64,000 nt of DNA from a virus (lineage: Duplodnaviria; Caudoviricetes), in the IMG/VR virus record IMGVR_UViG_3300003320_000653, positions 6,074-70,073 of that record; one strand, written 5' to 3'. Shown piece after piece: positions 17,798-26,584 of the stretch. Below the pieces are notes generated by a model, which saw only the letters and a program-made list of their open reading frames with translations, made no database searches and had not been told where the DNA came from. Each line of letters starts with the position of its first letter. Position 1 is the first letter of the stretch. Position numbers and translations under genes: made by a program.

Positions 17798-19172
17798 TCC
17801 CAGCGAGTACGTAGAGGCCAGGCCCGTACTCACGGAAGGCCAGTCACTGGTCCTCGACCGCGCGCATCCGCTCAGCGACCTCTACTACAAGAAGGCCCGC
17901 AACAAGGTCTACTGGGGAGGCCGGGGCTCTGCGAAGTCCTGGGGCATTGCCGAGGCCCTCATACGTCTCGCCGCCGCCCTTCCCGTGCGCGTGCTCTGCA
18001 CACGGGAATTCCAGATCAGCATCAAGGACTCGAGCCACCGCTTGCTGAAGGATACGATCTCCCGGCTGGGCCTCGACTCCTGGTTTGTGTGCACCGACCA
18101 GAGCATCAAGAGCAAGGCTACGGGCGCCGAGTTCATATTCAAGGGCCTCCACAACAACGAGAATGGCATCCGCTCCGTAGAAGGCGTGGATATCGTCTGG
18201 GTGGAGGAAGCTCAGACTGTGACGGCCTTGAGTTGGCAGAGCCTGACGCCTACCATGCGTAAGCCAGGCAGTGAGGTCTGGGTGAGCTTCAACCTGATCG
18301 ACGAGAACGATGCCACGTATAAGCGCTTCGTGAAGTCGCCACCCAAGGCAGGAGAGACGCTCTGCGAGCCAGCGCGTCATGATTCCATCGTCCACAAGAT
18401 CAACTACGACAGCAACCCTTTCTTCGGGGATCCCCTGCTATCGGAGATGCTGGACGACAAGGCCCTGGACTACGAACTCTACGAGCACATCTGGCTGGGC
18501 ATGCCGCGCAAGCGCAGCAAGGCCATCGTGCTCAACGGCAAGTACCGCGAGTACGAGTTCGAGGACGACCTCTGGAAGTCGGCCCCGCGCTTGCTCTACG
18601 GCGCCGACTTTGGCTTTGCCGAAGACCCGAGCACGCTGAGCCGCATGTTTGTCTTGCCGGCAAGCGTAAGGGAGCCCGGAGCCAGGGGAGATGACCTCTA
18701 TATCAGCCACGAGGCCTACGGGACTGGCATCGAGTACGACGACTACGAGCAGTTCTACGGCAGCGTGCCCGACAGCAAGTCCTGGCCGATCCGTGCCGAT
18801 AATGCCCGGCCTGAGACCATCTCGGCGATCCGCCGCCGTGGCTTCAGTATCAAGGGCGCTGAGAAGTGGCCGGGCAGCGTAGAGGATGGCATCACGTACT
18901 TGAGGAGCTTCAACCAGATCCTCATCCACCCGCGGTGCAAGCATCACCTGCGCGAGGCCTTCCTGTGGCGCTACAAGGTCGACCCCAAGATCGTCGACGA
19001 GCATGGCCAGCCCCAGGTGCTGCCGGTCCTCGTGGACAAGCACAACCACACCTGGGACGGCGTGCGCTACGGCCACGATGGCCTCATTCAGCGCGGGGGC
19101 GCCATCGGCATGTGGGGGCGCCTCGGCCAAGAGATGCCGGGCCTCCCCGGAACGGGCCTTGCGCCCAGATGA
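17685..19172 (+). CDS. terL: terminase large subunit (PBSX family)
   Basis: WGGRGSAKS Walker A, CTREFQISIKDS, WVEEAQ Walker B, GADFGFAEDP, DKHNHTWDGVRY. Confidence 0.95.
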   Translation: MMSSSMNSLRALPPKQALALLLAEKVRRQKTRVALTPDPSEYVEARPVLTEGQSLVLDRAHPLSDLYYKKARNKVYWGGRGSAKSWGIAEALIRLAAALPVRVLCTREFQISIKDSSHRLLKDTISRLGLDSWFVCTDQSIKSKATGAEFIFKGLHNNENGIRSVEGVDIVWVEEAQTVTALSWQSLTPTMRKPGSEVWVSFNLIDENDATYKRFVKSPPKAGETLCEPARHDSIVHKINYDSNPFFGDPLLSEMLDDKALDYELYEHIWLGMPRKRSKAIVLNGKYREYEFEDDLWKSAPRLLYGADFGFAEDPSTLSRMFVLPASVREPGARGDDLYISHEAYGTGIEYDDYEQFYGSVPDSKSWPIRADNARPETISAIRRRGFSIKGAEKWPGSVEDGITYLRSFNQILIHPRCKHHLREAFLWRYKVDPKIVDEHGQPQVLPVLVDKHNHTWDGVRYGHDGLIQRGGAIGMWGRLGQEMPGLPGTGLAPR

Positions 19173-19196
19173 CTCAACACCAGAAAGGAGCCTGAT

Positions 19197-19568
19197 ATGG
19201 CAACCAGCAAGACGAAGGCACAGCAACGCGAAGACGCGGCCAAGGCAGCGGAGCCCTACGAGGCTCCCAAAGCGGCGCAGCAAGCCACCGAGGCGGGCCA
19301 GGAAGAGGCAGTCAGCCAGGCTGAGCCCCATCCCCCCACGGAGCCCCGCAAGACGGCTCCCCAGGCGCCTCGCGTAACCAGCGGCGACAGCCCTGTGCGC
19401 GTGACGCAGATCCGCGAGCTGTTGGCCGAGGCCCTCTACAGCCGCCACCCCGAGGCCATCCAGGCGGGTATCGAGAAGATTGCCGCCGTGCCCACGATGA
19501 AGAGCCACCCCCAGGTGGCGATCTACAAGGCGGAGGTCCTCGACCACCTGCGGAGCAAGATCTCGTGA
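19197..19568 (+). CDS. hypothetical protein (head module)
   Basis: 123 aa, AAGGAG RBS, Ala/Glu/Pro-rich N-terminal half. Confidence 0.7.
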   Translation: MATSKTKAQQREDAAKAAEPYEAPKAAQQATEAGQEEAVSQAEPHPPTEPRKTAPQAPRVTSGDSPVRVTQIRELLAEALYSRHPEAIQAGIEKIAAVPTMKSHPQVAIYKAEVLDHLRSKIS

Positions 19569-20158
19569 AGCCCGCTGTCTTGCATCTGGCGAATGGCGCC
19601 CGCCTACGCTTCGCCGATGCCCCAGGCAACCGGCGAGGCCTCTTGGCCTTCACGGGCCGCACGGGCTACGAGCAGATCGGCGACCGCATGGCCTCCGTGC
19701 TGGAGCATGGCAGCAAGGAGAAGGCCCAGCCGCTCTACGCAGCCTATCCTCTCACGCAGATCAGCGCCGACGCCCTCGCCGGCTGGGCGGCAACCTGGGG
19801 CATCCCCCTGGTCATGGATCCCCACGTCACGGTGGCCTACTCCAAGGCGCCTGTCATGAAGTCCAAGGTGCCGCCTACGAGCGCGGGGCTCATCGTGCCC
19901 CCAGGCCAGCGGACCGTGGAGCGCTTCGGCGATGCCATCGTCCTATGCCTGGACTGTCCGGAGCTGCAGAAGCGCCACGCCGAGTATCTGGGCGCCGGTG
20001 CGAGCTGGGATCACCCCAGCTATCGGCCGCACATCACGCTGGCCTACGACGACGGCTTCATGGGGCCGACCGACGAGACCCTCATTTCGGCTTTCGACGA
20101 GCCCATCACCCTCGACGCGGAGTTCCAACAGGACCTCATGCTCACCGAGGCCTACTAG
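19565..20158 (+). CDS. 2H phosphodiesterase, Acb1 / T4 gp57B-like anti-CBASS nuclease
   Basis: Two HxT motifs (PHVTVAYS, RPHITLAY); flanking LYAAY..L..ISADAL, IVLCLDCPEL..RH..GA and PITLDAEF match recalled gp57B segments. Confidence 0.75.
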   Translation: MKPAVLHLANGARLRFADAPGNRRGLLAFTGRTGYEQIGDRMASVLEHGSKEKAQPLYAAYPLTQISADALAGWAATWGIPLVMDPHVTVAYSKAPVMKSKVPPTSAGLIVPPGQRTVERFGDAIVLCLDCPELQKRHAEYLGAGASWDHPSYRPHITLAYDDGFMGPTDETLISAFDEPITLDAEFQQDLMLTEAY

Positions 20159-20167
20159 GAGGACGCC

Positions 20168-20542
20168 ATGAGCAAGCATGGAAGCCTGGGCATCCGCAGG
20201 TGGCGCAACAAGGACACGGGTCAGGAGGGCATCACCTTCTGGTGCCCAGGCTGCAAGTGCGCCCATAGCGTGGCAGTCCAGGGTGGTGACCCCGGCCGCA
20301 ACTGGCATTTCAACGGGGACTACGACAAGCCAGTGCTGAGCCCGAGCATCCGAGTCATCACGCCAGCGCATGAGTACGAGGGCAAGACCTATCCCGAGGT
20401 CACCCTCTGCCATTGCTTCGTGGGGACCAGCGGCGCCCAACCGGGTCAGATCATCTTCCTCGACGACAGCAGCGCCCACCAACTGCGGGGCGTCCACAAC
20501 TTGGAGCCCTGGCCGGATCACTACGGCTACGCGGGCGAATAA
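20168..20542 (+). CDS. DUF6527-like Cys/His metal-binding protein
   Basis: FWCPGCKCAH...WHFNGD..KP..SPSI...CHCFV...GQI.FL.D. Confidence 0.65.
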   Translation: MSKHGSLGIRRWRNKDTGQEGITFWCPGCKCAHSVAVQGGDPGRNWHFNGDYDKPVLSPSIRVITPAHEYEGKTYPEVTLCHCFVGTSGAQPGQIIFLDDSSAHQLRGVHNLEPWPDHYGYAGE

Positions 20543-20551
20543 GGAGAATCC

Positions 20552-22159
20552 ATGGCTGCAAAGCTATCTGTCCGCGCAGCCGTGCGCGATGCCAAGCGCG
20601 AAGACGTGGCGGCCCGCAAGGCCTTGGCGCGACCTGGCTACACGACGCCCGAGACCGGCAAGAAGCTCGTGGGAGCCGCCACCTTCGACAGCTTCGTGAA
20701 CTTCGCACACAAGCTGGGCGTCGGCGCCGATAACGCGCTGACGTCGGGAAGCTATGGCTTCAACCCCATCACGCGCAACCGCCAGCTCCTCGAGTGGATC
20801 CACCGCGGCTCCTGGCTGGGTGGTGTCGCCATCGACATCATCGCCGATGACATGACGCGTGCCGGCGTGGACTTCATCACGGAGATGGACGCCAGTGACC
20901 AAGAGGACCTGGAGCACGAGGTCACCAACCTTGGCATCTGGGAAAGCCTCAACGAGTGCATTGCCTGGGGGCGCCTCTACGGGGGCGCCATCGCCGTGGC
21001 TCTCGTGGATGGCCAGGATCCCAAGACGCCGCTGCGTCTGGAGTCTGTGGGCCCCGACCAGTTCAAGGGTCTCTGCGTGCTGGACCGCTGGATGATCGAG
21101 CCTAGCCTCGAAGACCTCGTGACGGAATACGGCCCCCATATGGGTCTGCCGAAGTACTACAAGGTTCAGAGCAACGCTCCCGCCCTCCGCGGCCAGGTCA
21201 TCCACCACAGCCGGGTGGTCCTGCGGCACGTCGGCATCAAGCTCCCCTACCAGCAGGCCATGACGGAGAACCTCTGGGGGATCTCGGTGCTGGAACGCCT
21301 CTACGATCGCCTCATCGCCTTCGACAGCGCAAGCACGGGAGCTGCCCAGCTCGTCTTCAAGGCCCACTTGCGCACGCTGAAGATCCCAGGCCTGCGAGAG
21401 ATCATCGCAGCCGGTGGCGTCACCATGAATGGCTTGGTGGCCTACGCGGAGATGATGCGGCGCTTCCAGGGCATCGAAGGCATTACGATGATCGACGGCG
21501 AGGACGAGTTCGAGGTACAAACCTCGTCTGCCTTTACTGGCGTGGATTCTGTCATCACGCAACTGGCTTCCCAGGTCAGCGGCGCCCTGCAGATCCCCAT
21601 GACCCGGCTCTTCGGCCAGGCTCCCGGAGGCTTCAGCACGGATGACGAGAGTGGCATGCGCAACTACCACGACAGTATCCAGCAGAAGCAGCGCAAGGAG
21701 ATGCACGGCGGCGTGATGGTCTGCTACAAGCTCACGGCAGCCAGTCGGGCCATCACGCTTCCCGCGAACTTCGGCCTGGACTTCGCGAGCCTCCAGCAGC
21801 TCAACGACGAGAAGAAGGCCGAGGTGGCGGGCAAGGTCACGGATGCCGTGGTGAAGGCCCTTGACGCAGGCCTTGTTACTCAGCAGACGGGCATGCAGGA
21901 ACTCCGCACGAGCAGCCGCACGACGGGCATCTTCGGCAAGATCACCAGCGAAGCCATCGAGGCCGCTGATGACGAAGTCCAGCCACCCATCAGCGAACTC
22001 GACCAACAGTTGATGCTGACGGAGGCCCAGGGCAAGGCCAAGGCCGAGCAAGGTGACAACTCACTCCCAGGAGATGAAGACAATGGCAAGACTGGACCGA
22101 ACAGGCAAGCGAAGCCAGTGGGAGGTGGCCAGCGGCGCCGAACGCTCCTACCAGAGTAG
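20552..22159 (+). CDS. portal protein (DUF1073)
   Basis: WGRLYGGA, LCVLDRW, HHSRVV, WGISVLERLYD, SGALQIPMTRLFGQAPGG, NYHD. Confidence 0.9.
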   Translation: MAAKLSVRAAVRDAKREDVAARKALARPGYTTPETGKKLVGAATFDSFVNFAHKLGVGADNALTSGSYGFNPITRNRQLLEWIHRGSWLGGVAIDIIADDMTRAGVDFITEMDASDQEDLEHEVTNLGIWESLNECIAWGRLYGGAIAVALVDGQDPKTPLRLESVGPDQFKGLCVLDRWMIEPSLEDLVTEYGPHMGLPKYYKVQSNAPALRGQVIHHSRVVLRHVGIKLPYQQAMTENLWGISVLERLYDRLIAFDSASTGAAQLVFKAHLRTLKIPGLREIIAAGGVTMNGLVAYAEMMRRFQGIEGITMIDGEDEFEVQTSSAFTGVDSVITQLASQVSGALQIPMTRLFGQAPGGFSTDDESGMRNYHDSIQQKQRKEMHGGVMVCYKLTAASRAITLPANFGLDFASLQQLNDEKKAEVAGKVTDAVVKALDAGLVTQQTGMQELRTSSRTTGIFGKITSEAIEAADDEVQPPISELDQQLMLTEAQGKAKAEQGDNSLPGDEDNGKTGPNRQAKPVGGGQRRRTLLPE

Positions 22160-22832
22160 GCTGGTTGGCCTCGCCAAGCAGGTGGGGGCCATGGTCAACG
22201 GCATGGCCCCCAATGGTATCGTCACGGACCTGGGCGCCCTCCTCGACATGCTCAACCGCTACAGCGCGCTCATCGCGCCTTGGGCGACGAGCGTAGCCAA
22301 TGCTATGGTCGCCGACGTGGCGCGGCGCAATGAGACCATCTGGAAGCGCATCGGCCGAGAGATGGGTCGCGAGATCCGCAGGGAGATCGCCAACACGCCG
22401 CAGGGCGCCGTCTACCGTGACATGATGGCCGAGAACGTGGAACTCATTAAGAGCATCCCGCTCAAGGCCGGTGAGCGCGTGCATAAGCTGACCACGGAAG
22501 CCCTCTCCACGGGGCGCCGCGCGGAAAGCATTGCCCGAGAGATCCAGGCCACGACCCGCGTGACGACAAGCCGAGCCAGGCTTATCGCACGCACGGAAGT
22601 CGCCCGGACCTCGGCAGTTTTCCATCAGGCCCGCGCCATGGCCGCAGGCAGTGAGGGCTATATCTGGCGCACGAGTGAAGACAGCGACGTGCGCGAGACC
22701 CACAAGAAGCAGAACGGCAAGTACATCCGCTGGGACTCGCCGCCCAAGACCGACGAGGGCATCGAGCCCTACCACGCTGGCTGCGGCCCCAACTGCCGCT
22801 GCTATGCCGAACCCGTTTTCCCCGAACTCTAA
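22083..22832 (+). CDS. head morphogenesis protein (SPP1 gp7 / Mu F-like)
   Basis: NVELIKSIP, RARLIARTEV, YIWRTSEDSDVRETH, HAGCGPNCRCYAEP. Confidence 0.9.
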   Translation: MARLDRTGKRSQWEVASGAERSYQSRLVGLAKQVGAMVNGMAPNGIVTDLGALLDMLNRYSALIAPWATSVANAMVADVARRNETIWKRIGREMGREIRREIANTPQGAVYRDMMAENVELIKSIPLKAGERVHKLTTEALSTGRRAESIAREIQATTRVTTSRARLIARTEVARTSAVFHQARAMAAGSEGYIWRTSEDSDVRETHKKQNGKYIRWDSPPKTDEGIEPYHAGCGPNCRCYAEPVFPEL

Positions 22833-22844
22833 AGGAGTGCATCA

Positions 22845-23264
22845 ATGGCAAATCTTTCAAGCGCGCCGTTCTTACGCGAGGCCATACTCAACGGCTTCGT
22901 GCGCTACGACCCGAGCACGGGGTTCTTCGTGCTCCCCGATGGTGGCAGCCTCGTGGATCGTCAGCTCTCCAGTCCCGCATCCGGGGCGACAGCGCAGATG
23001 ACGAACAACAACAAGGATGGCATCCTGCTGCTGACGCCTGCGGGCACGATTGCCGCGCTGACGGTCAATCTCCCCGATGACGCAGTCTCGCGCATCGGCC
23101 AAGTCCGCCGCATCTTCACGAGCCAAAACATCACGGCGCTCACGCTTCAGGGCTTTCCCGGAAACGCGGCACAGACCATCTTCAACAACATCACCACCAT
23201 GGCCGCCGGTGATGCCGTTGCCTTCGTCAAGGTGGCCGCCAACATGTGGGCACGCCAAAAATGA
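22845..23264 (+). CDS. putative virion structural protein
   Basis: 139 aa beta-rich (LLLTPAGTIAALTVNLP...), located in head module. Confidence 0.65.
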   Translation: MANLSSAPFLREAILNGFVRYDPSTGFFVLPDGGSLVDRQLSSPASGATAQMTNNNKDGILLLTPAGTIAALTVNLPDDAVSRIGQVRRIFTSQNITALTLQGFPGNAAQTIFNNITTMAAGDAVAFVKVAANMWARQK

Positions 23265-24439
23265 GAGCCGTCATCCTCTGCATCCTCCTTTCTCTCGTTG
23301 CCGTTGGCACCATCCTCTTGGGCCGCGGTAGCCTCTCAACGGCCGCAGCAGCGGCGTTCCTGGGCTTGCTTTTTGCGGCCAAGCCCGTGCATGCCGACGC
23401 CTATTTCGTGGCCGTCGAGCAACGCAACAGCACGGACACAGGCTGGATCACGCGCCAGCTCACGAACCCGGACCTCGGTGCCGATGGCATCATGTTTTTC
23501 AACGGCACCACGAAGCTGCCCGGCTACCTCGTACTGGGCGCTGGGCTCACCATCTCCTCGGGTGTGCTGGCGGCGAACGTGCCTGGACAGGTGAATGCCG
23601 ACTGGAATGCGACCTCAGGGGTGGCGCGCATCCTCAACAAGCCAAGCCTCGCGGCCGTGGCGACCAGCGGAGCGTATGCCGATCTCTCAGGCCGACCAGC
23701 TTTGGCGACAGTAGCAACAACGGGCGCCTATGCCGACCTCACGGGAAAGCCAAGCATTCCGGCCGCCCAGGTCAACGCGGACTGGCTAGCTTCCTCCGGC
23801 GTCGCCCAGGTGCTGAACAAGCCCAGCCTTGCCACCGTTGCCACGACGGGAGCTTACGCAGACCTGAGCGGAAGGCCAACGATCCCCGCAGCGCAGGTCA
23901 ACAGTGACTGGAATGCAGCGACTGGCGTGGCTCAGATCCTCAATCGGCCAACGCTGGCGGCGGTTGCCACAAGCGGTGCCTATGCGGACTTAAGTGGGCG
24001 CCCTGCCCTAGCGGCGGTGGCTACGTCCGGGGCATATGCGGATCTCACAGGCAAGCCATCGATTCCCACGGGCTTCTACGGCTCGCCGACGACGAGAAGT
24101 CTGAACCTGGCCACGGCCTACCAATGCACGACCCCTGCGCTCAGCTGTGCCGTGACCATCACGCTGCAGAGCCAGTCTTCAATCAGCTTGAGCGGCGCCA
24201 GCAACAACGAGGGGGCTATCACCATCGGCAGCACGAATGCCGTGGCCTCGGGAACCGGCACCAACGTCGCCACCTACAAGAACAACCTGGGCGGCACGCT
24301 GGTCGTCGGCCTCAACCTGACCAGTCAACAGGCCAACACCTACTCGGTCTTCCTGCCGCCCAACTGGTATCTCGCCATCCGCCAGACCGCGGGCACGGGC
24401 TTGCAGGTCGTTTCCGCTTTCGATCAGACCATCAACTAG
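23261..24439 (+). CDS. fibre-like protein with internal repeats and hydrophobic N-terminus
   Basis: 3x QVN(A/S)DW and 5x VAT(S/T)GAYADL(S/T)G(R/K)P; beta-rich C-terminal domain. Confidence 0.75.
   Translation: MRAVILCILLSLVAVGTILLGRGSLSTAAAAAFLGLLFAAKPVHADAYFVAVEQRNSTDTGWITRQLTNPDLGADGIMFFNGTTKLPGYLVLGAGLTISSGVLAANVPGQVNADWNATSGVARILNKPSLAAVATSGAYADLSGRPALATVATTGAYADLTGKPSIPAAQVNADWLASSGVAQVLNKPSLATVATTGAYADLSGRPTIPAAQVNSDWNAATGVAQILNRPTLAAVATSGAYADLSGRPALAAVATSGAYADLTGKPSIPTGFYGSPTTRSLNLATAYQCTTPALSCAVTITLQSQSSISLSGASNNEGAITIGSTNAVASGTGTNVATYKNNLGGTLVVGLNLTSQQANTYSVFLPPNWYLAIRQTAGTGLQVVSAFDQTIN
23588..24067 (+). repeat. intragenic peptide repeat array (60+42+58 aa modules)
   Basis: Repeats are read directly in the translation; the DNA copies are synonymously diverged. 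Confidence 0.85.
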
Positions 24440-24448
24440 GAGGTAGCC

Positions 24449-25867
24449 ATGCAAAGTCATCGCACGGCCGACCGTGGTCCTCCCGACCACGAAAAGGTCA
24501 TGGCCGTTCATACGGTCCACCAGATCGGCCCCAATCGCAAGATCCTGCCCAACGGCAATCTCTTGTGCACCGACGTCCCGATTGCCCGCAGCGGCTGGCT
24601 TCTCTATGGTCCCGGTGAGGTGCCCGTGAAGCCTGGCGCCAATGGCATCGTCTATATCGAGCGCAAGACGGCCGATCTCTTCAACCCCGTCACGATGGCG
24701 AGCTTCAATGCCGCCGCCGTGACCAACGATCATCCCGAGGATGACGTCACGCCCGTGAACTGGAACAACCTCGCTGGTGGCTTTGCCATCAACGTGCGCC
24801 AGGGCACGGGCGACGACGCGGACGTCCTGTTGGCCGATCTCATGATTACCAACAAGGACCTCATCGCAGCCATTCAGGCGGGCAAGGTGGAAGTCAGCGC
24901 GGGCTACGACGCCGACTACATCGACCTCGGCGACGGCTTCGGCAGGCAGTCCAACATCATCGGCAACCATGTCGCGCTGGTCGATAAAGGTCGCTGCGGC
25001 CCGCGATGTGCAATCGGCGACCAAGCCTATTTCGTTCCACCAACGCTCTCAAAGGAAACACCCATGAGCACCCGCACTCCCCTGCGCCAAGCGCGCGTTC
25101 AACTCAACGACGGCAAAGCCGAGAAGCTGGAAGCCGCTCGCCAGAAGGCGCGCGATGCCCAGGCAGAACTCGAGGCCCTCGAAGAGGAAGGCCAAGACGA
25201 AGGTGCCGCTGCCGGCGCTACGCACATCCACGTGCACAACTACGGCCCCGACTCGGCCAACGAGGGCAAAGCTGCCAAGACGATCGATGCAGCCGTCGAA
25301 GAGCGCTTCGCCAAGATCGAGGGCTCCGTCGAGGAGATCAAGACCCTCATCAAGGGCATCAAGACCGGCGACGGCGGCAAGGCCGACGACGAAGACGACG
25401 AGATGGAGGACGACGGCAAGGGCGGCAAGCGCAAGAAGATGAAGGCAGGCACCGGCGACAGCGTGGCCCTCGCCACCAGCTACAGCACGCTCGCCAGCCA
25501 GGCCGAGATCCTCCAGCCTGGCTTCAAGGTGCCGACCTTCGATGCCTCCATCACGCGCGCCGCCACGGTCGACCGCATGTGCAACGTGCGCCGCAAGGTC
25601 CTCGACGGCTTCGGTGCCACGCCGGAAGGCGCGGCCATGCTGCTCGCGGCCAACGGCGGTCAGCCCGTGGACCTGCTGAGCATGGACTGCGCGGGTTGCG
25701 CGACTCTCTTCACGAGCGTTGCCGGCATGAAGGCCGCCGCCAACAACGCGATGGCAACGCGCGACAGTGCGGCCATGGCGCGCGTCGACCCCACGGCTTC
25801 GGCGCCGAAGATCCCCGGCCCGGCCGACTTCAACAAGGCTGCCGCCGATTTCTGGAAGGGCCAATAA
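24449..25867 (+). CDS. head maturation protease / scaffold (DUF2213)
   Basis: DVPIARSG, VTNDHP, EVSAGYDA, NHVALVDKGRCGPRCAIGD; acidic coiled C-terminal half. Confidence 0.9.
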   Translation: MQSHRTADRGPPDHEKVMAVHTVHQIGPNRKILPNGNLLCTDVPIARSGWLLYGPGEVPVKPGANGIVYIERKTADLFNPVTMASFNAAAVTNDHPEDDVTPVNWNNLAGGFAINVRQGTGDDADVLLADLMITNKDLIAAIQAGKVEVSAGYDADYIDLGDGFGRQSNIIGNHVALVDKGRCGPRCAIGDQAYFVPPTLSKETPMSTRTPLRQARVQLNDGKAEKLEAARQKARDAQAELEALEEEGQDEGAAAGATHIHVHNYGPDSANEGKAAKTIDAAVEERFAKIEGSVEEIKTLIKGIKTGDGGKADDEDDEMEDDGKGGKRKKMKAGTGDSVALATSYSTLASQAEILQPGFKVPTFDASITRAATVDRMCNVRRKVLDGFGATPEGAAMLLAANGGQPVDLLSMDCAGCATLFTSVAGMKAAANNAMATRDSAAMARVDPTASAPKIPGPADFNKAAADFWKGQ

Positions 25868-25927
25868 CGAAAAGCCCTCCCCTCTTCAACCAAGTCCCTT
25901 CCACTAACTCCTAGACAGGATTACGAA

Positions 25928-26530
25928 ATGAAAAAGACTCTCATCGCTTACGCGATCGCAGCCCTGGGCGCTGCCGGTGCCGTGCGTGCCACCACCCGCG
26001 ACGTGGCCTACAACCTGCGCATGCCTGCCGGCTTCCCCGGCGATCCGAACCGCACGCATCCCTTCTCGGTGCTGCCGGGCCTCAGCCAGCCCACCAACCC
26101 GCCGCGCCTCTACGGTGACCCGGTCGTCATCGACACGGCCACCAACAGCTACCGTGCTCTCCTCGCCGGTGACACTGCACTGACGAAGATCGATGGCGTG
26201 CTGGTCCGCCCCTTCCCCACGCAGCAGCGCACGGGCGGCGACAGTTCGCCGCTGGGCGCGGCTCCCGGTCCGCTGGGCGGCCAGGTGATCGACGTCCTCA
26301 ACGAGGGCTTCATCATCGCGCGCTGCAACAACTTCGCGACCCAGCAGCCCACCAAGGGCGGCGCCGTCTACATCTGGGTGGCGGCATCGAGTGGTGCCCA
26401 TGTCCAGGGCGGCTTCGAGAGCGCGGCCTCGGCGGGCAACACCGCGGGCCCGATCACCAACGCCAAGTGGAACGGCCCCACCGACAGCAACGGCATCACC
26501 GAGATCCAGGTCGCCGCCCCGCTGGCCTAA
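25928..26530 (+). CDS. head decoration/cement protein
   Basis: RMPAGFPGD, DGVLVRPFP; lies between protease and capsid. Confidence 0.8.
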   Translation: MKKTLIAYAIAALGAAGAVRATTRDVAYNLRMPAGFPGDPNRTHPFSVLPGLSQPTNPPRLYGDPVVIDTATNSYRALLAGDTALTKIDGVLVRPFPTQQRTGGDSSPLGAAPGPLGGQVIDVLNEGFIIARCNNFATQQPTKGGAVYIWVAASSGAHVQGGFESAASAGNTAGPITNAKWNGPTDSNGITEIQVAAPLA

Positions 26531-26584
26531 GGCCTGGCAACTGCAAGCCAACCCCTCATTCAACAGATTCAAGGAATCGACAAC

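Noticed and set aside
20120-22030. Similar peptide QQ(D)LMLTEA at the C-terminus of the Acb1-like protein and near the portal C-terminus
   Set aside because: Only about 8 residues with no extended DNA similarity. It could be a relic of a portal-Acb1 fusion but cannot be distinguished from chance.
23588-24067. Fibre repeats considered as DGR template/variable repeats
   Set aside because: Differences are synonymous at all bases rather than adenine-specific, and no reverse transcriptase is present in the window.
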